A DNA stretch of 64,000 nt, from positions 15,462 through 79,461 of the forward strand of contig NMRA01000482.1 of assembly GCA_002633005.1 (NCBI GenBank), given 5' to 3'. How positions within the stretch are numbered: the stretch's first letter is position 1; each line of letters opens with the position of its first letter. The notes below the pieces were generated by a model, which did not search any database, had not been told where the DNA came from, and worked only from the letters and a program-made list of their open reading frames with translations. A program made the translations under genes and the position numbers. Of the stretch, positions 12,101 through 22,700 are shown piece by piece. Origin of the DNA: Phoronis australis (Eukaryota; Animalia; Phoronida).

Positions 12101-14090
12101 AAAACTGTGAGTGAGCTGGAGAAGCTGAAGGCTGAACCTGTGCACAGTGAGGAAGATACGGCAACCTTCTTCAAGGTGTGTTGTATGCAAGTGGGACATT
12201 GGGCCTGTATGGAATTTATGATTACATGCAGATATTGGCAGAGTAAGGTTATGCGCAAAATCTAAAAAGTAGTGGGAAATCTTGGAACTTGAGGTCACAT
12301 TTGGTGAGTTGAGCTGCAATTAAAATTTGAAATGGCTTTTGGTGAGTGACACCAGTCTGGCTGAAGTCAGTAACAGCAATGTTATGTTGCATACTGTAAG
12401 GTGGTGTTTGCTCAAGCTGGATGCTGGATGGAGTCCTTCAGTTTATGCTCAAGTTGGCAGGCACCTGCGACCAGCTTGAAATTGACTCCCAAGTTAATTC
12501 TAATAACTAGAATACAAGTGGCTAATCCATTCTTCTGTTACAGCTTGCAAAATTTTGCAGCTAGTAGCGTTTTCTGGCTTGTGGTTTGTGAATTCGTCTA
12601 AATTTGTGCTGTTGCAATTTTACTTTGCTTGACAGTGGTGACAGTGCTTTGTCCGTTTTCTTTGTTAACTACTTGGAAATTATTTCCTGTGTCACACAAT
12701 TTCTGAATGTCCTCCCACTTCTTTTCAGAACTTACAACTAGATGAAAAACGATTTGAGCTGGCTGATGTGGATAACAACGGATTTCTCTCTGAAAAGGAA
12801 CATGTAGCCTTTGTCCACCCCTATGACCACGAGCACATGACACAGTCAGAAGTGGATCAGTACTTGAGCGAATCAGATGATGATAAAGATGGCAAAATTA
12901 GCATGGATGAGTATGGGAGTAAGTGTTCAGCTGACTTAGCATTGATGAGTATGGAGTAAGTGTTCAGCTGACTTAGCATGGATGAGTATGGGAGTAAGTG
13001 TTCAGCTGACTTAGCATGGATGATTATCTGAGTAAGTGTTCAACTGACTTAGCAGTGATGAGTATGGAGTAAGTGTTCAACTGACTTAGCATGGATGATT
13101 ATCTGAGTAAGTGTTCAACTGACTTAGCATTGATGATTATGGGTCTTAAATGTTCATGGCTGAGTATGGCAACATCTGTAACGCTTTAGCACCTAATTAT
13201 TTTTTCTGGAACTCTGCCCAGCTGTTTTGCTGGACGTAATGAACTTGTGGCTAGCATTTGATATCATGTTACTCATATCTGTCTGAAACTCAAAGACTAT
13301 AATATTTTATTGTGAAATAAGTCCCATCTCTTTTCTAAGTAATGCGGACATGCAGTACATGAAGCGTTGGCAGTATCTGACAGAGAATGTTCTGCTAAAG
13401 TATGTTTGTTTTGAAAACCACTGTCCACTAGCACTACATAACTATGGCTCACAATCTCTTCATTTGGCAGGGACACGTACTGAAAAATCAGACACGGACC
13501 TGCAGAGAATGGCTGAGGAGCATAACTTTAAGCAACTGGATGAAGACAAAAGTGGCTTTCTGGAGAATCATGAACTGTTAAAAATGTTGAAGGCTGATTC
13601 TGATGATGTAAGTTTAAACTTGGCTGCCTGAATATTTAGTTGAAAATTGGCAACACGGATGGTTTTTGTGCCACTGTCTAAACATGGCGTTGTCGTAACA
13701 AGTTGGCTGCTGACAGAAAGACGTGCTGGCATTTGGTGTTCCCCATTTTTCAACTTAGTTAACAAATCTTTTGTCACCCTTCAGTGAACAGCTGGGCTTG
13801 TCAGTCCTGTGGTCAGTTGCCATTTTGGCGCGCAAGTACCTTGCAGCACTTACCTGTCCATTTTATCACATGATCTTTCTGTGAGGACACGTGATAATTA
13901 TAGTTTCAAGCTCAAGAACATTCAATGTCTGTTGTAGATACCGGAGTCAGAAACTGATCATTTGTTTGAAGAGACAGATGACAATGACGATAAGAAGTTG
14001 TCTCTCAAGGAAATTTTGAAGAAACAGGATGTGTGGGTAGGGAGCGAGGCGACAGCATTTGGTGAATTCTTCAAGAAAGACGAACTGTAG
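9018..14090 (+). CDS. RCN2: CREC-family multi-EF-hand ER lumen Ca2+-binding protein (reticulocalbin-2/calumenin-like), 6 coding exons, 318 aa
   Basis: join(9018-9162,9909-10056,11992-12175,12729-12918,13471-13607,13938-14090) = 957 nt, all GT-AG with consistent phases. Signal peptide MARWSILVLTLLLVGFCHC, then FDHLAVLG, EF-hands (DLNDDEFISRDE, DVDNNGFLSEKE, DDDKDGKISMDE, DEDKSGFLENHE, DDNDDKKLSLKE), ending WVGSEATAFGEFFKKDEL*. The family is secure, the exact orthologue less so. Confidence 0.9.
9909..10056 (+). CDS. RCN2: RCN2-like coding exon 2
   Basis: cag|GT TCC..; SRKEDKEYDEGSEEDAREKLTEIFHQMDLNDDEFISRDELKEWIKGSL; donor GTATGT. Confidence 0.88.
11992..12175 (+). CDS. RCN2: RCN2-like coding exon 3
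   Basis: ttttcag acceptor; RLDLESARFEFKKRDQVLNDEDEQISWDEYV..ATFFK; donor GTGTGT. Confidence 0.85.
12729..12918 (+). CDS. RCN2: RCN2-like coding exon 4
   Basis: cttttcag acceptor; NLQLDEKRFELADVDNNGFLSEKEHVAFVHPYDHEHM..DDDKDGKISMDEYG; donor GTAAGT. Confidence 0.9.
12900..13143 (+). repeat. 37-38-bp minisatellite (~6.5 copies) spanning the exon 4 / intron 4 junction
   Basis: The unit agcatggatgagtatgggagtaagtgttcagctgactt repeats with minor variants. Confidence 0.92.
13471..13607 (+). CDS. RCN2: RCN2-like coding exon 5
   Basis: tttggcag acceptor; TRTEKSDTDLQRMAEEHNFKQLDEDKSGFLENHELLKMLKADSDD; donor GTAAGT. Confidence 0.87.
13938..14090 (+). CDS. RCN2: RCN2-like coding exon 6 (KDEL, stop)
   Basis: gttgtag acceptor; IPESETDHLFEETDDNDDKKLSLKEILKKQDVWVGSEATAFGEFFKKDEL*. 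Confidence 0.9.
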   Translation: MPESETDHLFEETDDNDDKKLSLKEILKKQDVWVGSEATAFGEFFKKDEL

Positions 14091-17088
14091 ATGGCTTCTG
14101 GGAGTGGTCGGTTTCTTTGACTATTTGTTGAGAATGTCCTGACATGGTTCCCAGGGATCTTGAAAAGCACTTGCTTGAAAAGTCCTTTTTTTCTGATTAT
14201 TTTCTCCATTGTTTTGCAAAATTGTGTTATTTGACATTTTATTGAATAATTGTTCATGAAGAATGCCTAAAGCCACCCATCGGTTTGAGAAATCACAGAC
14301 ATAACCAAACAATATGCAGACATACATGTTTACAATAGTATGAGTTTCGTCAAGCTAGAGAGGGGTACACGAAAAAGACCTTGAATTTGGGGTTGGCAAG
14401 TACTTGAAAAGCCCTTGAAACTGACGAGGGGAAAAGAGTGGGAGCCATGTTGTAGTTTGGGAATGAAATTTCGTATCAGACAATATTCGTAATCAGAAGT
14501 ACTTGGTAAGGGTTATGTAAAGAACAGATGGAAAATGATACATCGCGTTATTCCGTCACATTTCTGACTAACCATGCACAACCAAAATGACTGTAAAATC
14601 GAATTGCACTGGCATTTTTTAATCACTTGTTTAAGGTTTTTAATGGTCAAGATCTCAATTTTGATTGTTTTAAGCACTGTCTTTGGATATACCATAAAAC
14701 TTGCATGAGTTTGTCATGTACAAGTCGGATCTTGACATTGCTGTGAACAAAGTTCCACAATAGGGTTGTTGGTATTAGTGCCATTGATTATACCTTAATT
14801 GCATAACGTTTCTCAGTCTGGTTACATTATTTGTGCCAGAATGTGGCTTCATGTAACATTTTCAAAAACAACTTATTCACGTTATGGCAAGCCCTGGAAC
14901 TCTTTAGGGCTCAATAACTCATTTGCTCAAGCGATCTAATTTATAGTCACATGCTTGCAGCCAGCGAGGCTTTGTTACGCATAACTAGTGTTGACTGTTG
15001 CATGATATTAAACAGAATAGAATTTTTTCTGTTTTGGAATTTTGATTTAGTGACAGTCTTCAATTAGAGAATGCAAAGTAGTCACCAATTCTGAGCTCGT
15101 CAAAAGTGATTTAGAGCATTTTTAGCAAATTCTCATGTGATTTACGATAATTTATTGAGTCGGTATTGTTTCTCCATTTGGTTGAATCAGATTAAGAATG
15201 TTTAGAATATGAAAGCAGCTAATATTTGTTCACTTAATTCCCTGGGGTTCATTTTTTCAAAAGTCATCCCTTCATCTGTTACGGTGCGAAACAATACTGC
15301 TATCGTAAACTCGACCCAAACTTCACATGCACACCCCATAACCTCCCTCATAATCTATTTTAATACAAGTTTTTTACCAATAATCTAAAGTTCATCTGTC
15401 ATTTTGTTCTGCCAGTGAATGGCGAAATTATGAAGATTTCACTGGAGCAGTTTGTGGTTTTCTGATTTTTGTATTGAAAACCATTAAATAGAGGTTTCCC
15501 AGTTTCAGAACCAGTTTGGCACTGATTATTAAGTGGAGATAGCTGGTTCTGAAAATGTGATACCACTGCGAGTATTTCCAAAAACGTGTTAGATGCTCGT
15601 GGTGGATGTTGGGTTTTGTAAAGCTACTGCTTGTGAAATATTTTGGGGTTTATCAGCTAGCCAGTATGAAAGCTTCCACCTTAGGACATGTTTGACAGGA
15701 CATATTTAGGGTTTGTATTGTGAATGTTATAACCTGCTAAATCTACTTAATGTTGACATTGTTGCCATGGTTATGTTCTTCTCTAGTGATAGATCCGAGT
15801 TCTTTAGGAAATCAGAAAGGTTAGTGATGGGACACACGCTATGTTTTGTAGGGTTGTAGATGGTCCTTTAAAAGAATGTTTGACTTGTCTGTTGGTAATC
15901 GCAATGCTTCTTTTCTCTGCCCTGGAAGCAGGGGTGTTTGCGAGTAATCTGTTGTGATGTGGCACATTCCAATTGGCACTCAAGGTACAGTTACTGCATG
16001 GACTGGTGACTATAAAAAGGGCTGCGTTTCATAGACAGAAGCAATTCACGAGAAAAGATGATGTGAATATGTGTTTGTTGTTCATGGCGATATCTTGTGA
16101 AGACTTGCGTATTCTTGCATTTTCACGAGTTTCCTACGTCCATGGAACACAGCCCAGGCCAATGGCTTTAGTTGAGGAGAACAATCTAACATCAAGACAG
16201 TGTGTACTCCACGGAGAAAAGGTTTAGACCATGTTTTTCTGCCCTGGCCGTAAGTTCCTCTGACCCCAGGTGTGAACAGTTCCCTTTGAGAATGCTTCCT
16301 CATAGTTTGCTTGTTGGGGATGAAGGACGTAGTTTTATATATCAGGTACATGCTACAGTCGTGTAATTTTAGCATAGTGTTGGCGTAGTCAAAGTGATAC
16401 AATTGTGATTATTATTTGATCACTGAGATCCAGAACACGTCTTTGTACATAAAACAAGGCACTCATTATTGAGTGGATTTTATTTTGTTTAATATCTTTT
16501 GTTATATGTAGGTGCAGCATAGGCAGTGGTTCACTGATTTCAACTCTGAATATATTTTATAATTTATCTTTTCTTTGTCGGGCGTTATGATGATATTTAA
16601 GTTGAAGACAATATTATTTTAGAATCTCGCTGCCTTGCTCTTCATGTCTATTAATTTGTACATTGGAGCATGTCTTATATTCAAAACATAAAGCAAGTAA
16701 AACCATGTGCAAGTCCTCTAAATTACAGTAAAATGTGAAGTTGTTCTTGAGTGCTAATATTTTCTTTTGAAGGTTTCTGTCTTTAGTTACCCATTTCTGA
16801 TTTTGGATCTGATTTGGAAATTTCCCCCCTTGAATGTTATTGCTCTGTGAAGTTTGGAATATAAATTTTCCAAATTGTTCACAAGACGCACTCAGTGTCC
16901 ACAGAGGACTAATTAAGTGGCAAAAATGTAATTTTGTCCATTCTAATTATTATATTGGAATTTGATGGAGTATTTTCCTTTCGTTTCATTAGAATATAAA
17001 TTTCTATTAACTGCTTGTTTTTATACTTTTATCCGGTTTGTGGGGAGACCTGTAACCTTTGACTAAGGATCACCAGTTTTGATAAACA

Positions 17089-17585
17089 CATGACGGCGTT
17101 CTGTCGTTCAGCAACTTTTTCAGACGTGAGGAGTTCTGAACATGCCATAACATCTGGCTCCTTTGTTAACTGCCCAGCGCAGCCTGTTTTGTCCCGTGTG
17201 ACGACAAGCAGGCCAATTATCTCCTAGGCTTCAAAAGGTTACTGAAACCATGCAGAATGGATTGTCTTCACTTCTGTTGTAGTTGGTGATTCAAAAACTA
17301 AATCTGATCATCATTTGACAAGGAATTCAGAAATGCTATTGGTTTATGTTCAAATATGTTAAACTTAACTTTCATTTTCAGCAGCACACTGAGTCCTGTT
17401 AGGCTAGATACCATTTGATCGGAGATTAGAGCAATTATCGAACAAAAGAGAGCCGGCCCTCCAACCATAAACATCAGAATGGGGTTAATCAGTGGTGTAA
17501 GATATGGCTACAGGGGTGATCTTCCCAACTTGTTATTGGGCTATGGAATGGAACAAGTTGGGAGCAACGGAAAAGCGCCGTAATG
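17089..17585. mobile_element. ~500-bp dispersed repeat with inverted ends and internal hairpin, copy 1
   Basis: Collinear with 18974-19512. Begins catgacggcgttct.., ends ..aaaagcgccgtaatg, with hairpin cccaacttgtt..aacaagttggg. Confidence 0.7.
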
Positions 17586-18973
17586 GTCGGCGAAAGTTCC
17601 CAATCGACTGAGAATTGGCGTATTACACTGGTAGATGATGCCATCTGTTGGCAGATGTAAACAATTTGTCTGCCGTTTGTCCGGCCATGGACTAAGCTAG
17701 CAGAAAGTCCGTGCTTTTAGCGGGGTTTTGTTTAAAGCAATTTGGAGTCTTTGTACTTCGCTTTTTAATCCATTCAAAACATTTTGTAAAATTGTAGAAA
17801 TTCACCATGAACCGACATGACTAATTCATACAACTACTTGTGATTTCAAAATTTATTCAGCTGCTGAAACCCGTTATGTTCGCGGATAGAGGTGACTGCG
17901 CTGTTTTTCAAAGACTAGCGCTAATTATGTGTGATTTCAAGATAATTGCGGGATTGTCAGAATGTAAGCAGTTTTGACGACAAATCCGGTGTACCAAATC
18001 CAGCTGCAACTGATGAGTCAGTTTCACTAGGCCCGGTCACAAAAAGTCCGATTGAGGCCTTAATAGCCTCCGGGACTGAATCTATATGGTTTCACGCAAG
18101 GAGGCACATTCTCAGTTTCTGAAGCCGTGAAAAGGTGTTTTCATAAAACTTAAAACGGCGGCTTTTCTTTTGGTCAGGTCGGAGGGATGTAGACCCCTCA
18201 GTCCCCTGTATCCGTTTACTTAAAATGATTTCAACGCACATTCGCCCTATTCAGGTAATAAAAGATGTGTCAGAATTGTTCAATGTAGACATCGCAATTT
18301 CCCTCCGATTCGCTCCCCGGCCGCCTGTTAATTGCCGCCACTAGCCCCGCGGTCAATGAGTGTTGATAGTTCGAGCTGAGATGCAACGAAAGTGCGGCAG
18401 AGGTCAAGAGCACTAGACGATTCAAACCCCATACGAATTCCAAATTCTAGATCCTACAGATTTACAATTACCTTATGCACAGTTCTTACTGTTATAGCAT
18501 ACTATCGTACACTGTCAGTGACAGGAAAAAAATATCTCAGTTGTGGAATTCAGTGTGGTGAACATATTACAAAGCCAAAACACGACAACTCTTATAGAAG
18601 AATTGGTGTATCAGGAAACAAAGTAATACAATTAATTACCGTGGAATTTGTATGGACAGTGGTCTGCATGACTGGAGTGTCGGTCTCAAGACAGTCGGAA
18701 GCTTAGCAGTGTCTTATGAACTGAAGAATGTTTGTGGTTTTTAACCGCAAGCATTAACCTATAAACGCCTTTATTATAATTTAATTAAATCGGTCATCTA
18801 TGCCCTATGTTTCAGAAGTTACATAAATGCGGATATAGGGGTGTCAGGGGCAAGCCCCCCTCCTCACCCAGCCACTACGTGCCGTTTCGGCTTACGCGAG
18901 CCATTTGCTTGAAATGGGTATTTACCGAGACATTACGTCCCGGACAGCAAACATTAATTTAGACCACTTCAGG

Positions 18974-19512
18974 CATGACAGCGTTTTCCCGTTCAGTGAC
19001 TACCAGACGTAGGTGGTTGTGAGCGTGTGATAACATCTACAGTTGTAGCTTCTTTGTTAACTGCCAAGGACAGTCTTTTTGTTGTTATGACAACAAGCAG
19101 GACAATTATCTACCAGGCTTCTAATTATTACAGACCACCTGAGTCAAACTGAGAGTGAATTGGTGTATTCGGAAAGAATAGATTGTCGTAACTTCCGACT
19201 GTTGGGCGATTTCGGCGATTCAAAAACTAAACATGATCACCATTTGACAAAAATTTCAGAAATGCTATTGGTTTATGTTCAACTATGTTATAACTTAACT
19301 TTTATTTTTAACAGCACAGCCCAGTCGGGGTAGATACCATCTTATTGGAGATTAGAGCAATTATGGAACAAAAGAGAGCTGGCCCTCCAACCCTAAATAC
19401 CAGAATGGAGTTAATCAGGCGTGTAAGATTGTGGCTACAGGGGTAAACTTCCCAACTTGTTGTTGGGCTATAGAATCGAACAAGTTGGGGGTAACGGGAA
19501 AACGCCGTCATG
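18974..19512. mobile_element. ~540-bp dispersed repeat with inverted ends and internal hairpin, copy 2
   Basis: catgacagcgttttcccgtt ... aacgggaaaacgccgtcatg (20-bp inverted repeat, 1 mismatch), with the same 11-bp hairpin as copy 1. Confidence 0.75.
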
Positions 19513-19781
19513 GCTATAAAATTGGTGTCCACTTGTTCCTTGTTTAGGACACCAGAGATTTCGGAGTCCGCAAAGAACCGACGATGCGTTATCTTTGAGA
19601 CCATATATGGCAAGTAAAATGACACGCCGTGACAAGTCGACCTAGCTGTCTGATTTCGAAGTCTGAAATCGCCCCCTGCAATTTCGACAAAGGAACAATT
19701 TGGGGCCTATTTGCATAACGAGTAGTACGCAGTCGAAGTTGTTTTTGTGAGTGATGAAAGACCGGGAGGAGAAATTCTTAA

Positions 19782-22700
19782 GAGCACGTCCACGAATGGA
19801 CCAGGCAAAAAGTGATAAAGGCTATGTCACGGATTTCCTCGATTGTTTGCATGATGGTAGGGGTTGATGCCCCAACCTTCATACCAACATTAATTTTTTT
19901 GCGTGCGCCACCTTGTGGTTGCTATGGGAACCTGTTGTTTTTCTGCCAATTCCAAGCCTCGTTACAGCTACATTTTGGCACTTTTTGCGAACTTACCTTG
20001 AGAACAGTAGTGCAAAATGAAACACTTCAAGTTTATCACTGAATTGGTGTGTCTTTCAACTTGCCAGTCATAGAAAATGTCAAGGTTTCAGTTACATCTT
20101 ATCCGTTTTTGAAGGCTACCAGTTTAGCTAGTTCGTGGTGATTCCAAAATGTTGAAAATTGCCCTACGTCCTGCCTCAATATCTCAGCTGAAGCCAAATT
20201 TAAAACAACAAAACTACCACCAGTGTTTAGATTGATCTTAGCTCTACAAAATAAAACCATAAAAAGTCTAGGCAATCACCCTTCTTCATACCGCTTCGGG
20301 CTCTAGAAGTAGGGCACCTCACCAAAATTATGCAACCGGCCAATGTCTGCATAGGGTAACAAATGTATGCGAGGATTCAAAATACAGTTTTAAAATCTTA
20401 AAATAGGCGATCGAACATATCAAGAGAGCTTTAATTTTATTACTTTACAGAAAATAGTGAGAAGCACAACAAGGCACGTTGGTTTCCTTTCACCCTGACG
20501 ATAACGCTGCCAATAACATGTGCATATATTCACCGTTTCAAAATGCATTATGGTTGAGTAAAAACTCTCTAAAGTAAGTCTTCAGTTATTCATAACTGGG
20601 AACTCAAATTCTGAAATTTTAATGTGTGGGTCTGATTGAAATTTAGTTTTCTAATGTTCTCGAAGTCGGTTGATCGTGTCCCGACGCATCTCAATTCATC
20701 GAATTTTATAAAAAAAAACAATAATAGGTGTGTTGGGCCGTTAGGAGACAACTGCATCTCCATACAGTGTACATCACCAAACCCGAACAAATCAGACAGC
20801 AAAGTAGTTAGTCATAAAAAAGAGATGTTTGAAATGGTATTGGTTAGATGCTGTGAAATAAGGTTAGAAAAACTGATCTGATAAGGATAGGCGACTACCG
20901 GTGAAATTGGCGTTGTTGAATAACTTTTCTTACGCTTCTCATTCGGGAAAGTCCCCGAACAGCACACGCCCAGATGTGCATATGGATGTCTGAATATTCT
21001 CGCATTATGGATACCAATGTTTTTTAGTTTTCACCGACAACGCATAGAATGATGTATTTGCGGAAGGTTTGCAGACATTTTCATAAAAACCACAGGAAAT
21101 GGAGTATTTCACACGCAAGATAGCAGAAAAGTCAGTTAAGATGTTTTTTGCATCTATCACAGTTACAATGGCGGATTCCAGGAGGGGGCCAAGGGGGCCA
21201 TGCCCCCCTAAAATTCTCCCAGATACCATTTGTCAGTTCGGGGTGCTAATTGGTGACTAGCATATGCGCGCACCCAGGGGGCTCCGTGGGCGAATGCACA
21301 ATGCATTGGCCTTGAACAAACCCCGTTTACCGGATTTTTTTAGTAATAAGGTCCACAAACCCAAAAATTCGAGACCCCTGCATCCCTACATTTTAGGGTG
21401 GGCGCGCGGATGTGGCGAAATTCTGTGCCCTGCCCCCCAACTCAAAATCCTGGATCCGCCCGAGTTTAGTATGGGTATGCAATGGTGTTTGGTGCTTACC
21501 ATCGGTCAGACTCAAAAAATTCAGAAGTCTCGAGACTAATACATGTAGTGTCAGCTACTTCATTGAAAAATCATAAGACAATTCATGTGCAGCAAAACGA
21601 AAATAAAACACACAAAGTTAACATTCAGACTGCATATAGGTGAACTTGGGTAATCCTGCAAAGAGATTTTGGAACAAAGTTGGGCAATATTTAAAAACTG
21701 TCCTGATTTAAATTATTGTTTATTATGTTAGACATAGAGATGCAGCAGAGCAGGTTATACTGTACTTATGTAGCAAAACGATAAGATAGCCAAATATTAA
21801 ACAAAAACCAAAGTAGTTTAGAGAATAGTAATACTATATTGAGGCTGATATAGGACACAGGCAAATTACACGCCATAAATCAAGTAAATAGAAAAGAACA
21901 AATGTGGTCACATTTACAAAATGCGAGCAAATTAGGTGTACAATGAGACACCTTTAGTCAGCATAGATGACACGTCACGAAATGGAAATAGCATTTTGTC
22001 TGACTACTTTTGACATACTGTATTTCAAATGTCTCTGAGTCTTGTATACATGAAATGTGCTACTGCGGCAATTCCATTGACTCAACAATCTTTTGTCACA
22101 ATTCAAATCGACGGTCTTCCTCAGCGATTCTTTTCATTCCAAAGGCATCAAATTGTGCGAGTTTCCCAGAACGATTGAGTGCTGCTAAACGGGAAAATAT
22201 TTAATCTGCTGAGGTGAGAGACATTCTTCAGAACATCAATATGACCAGGAGCAATACATTCATGGGTAACATATAATGCTTTGCTGGCTTTTTGTTTGTA
22301 ATATCGTTAGGACCTTTCGGCAAATTCATCGATGTCAGTTAGAAGCTGGGTCCTAACAGGGTTGACTCTTCCATCAGACGCAGCAGTGAGAAACTGATTC
22401 GACTTATGGATCTTTGGCAAAGGCGTGGGCAGCCAGAATGATGGTTGGTCCCCCTCGTTTCCACTTGAAAAATTTGCCTGTAAATATTACAATTATATGC
22501 AACTTAATCCGTAAACACAAGAATTATATTTTCCATAAATAGCCTTTCCCCAAAGTATTTATTTTCACCATTCAAAATAGCTTGGAAAGATGGCCACTCA
22601 CATATGCATGCTACCCTCATTGTGTGCAAGCACTACTCAAAACAAAAGGTGTCGTCAATTAATCAAAACGTAAGTTCACTACTAAAACCTGGAAAACCAT

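Noticed and set aside
12900-13143. CRISPR-like array
   Set aside because: The units are directly tandem with no unique spacers, in a eukaryotic intron, with no cas genes.
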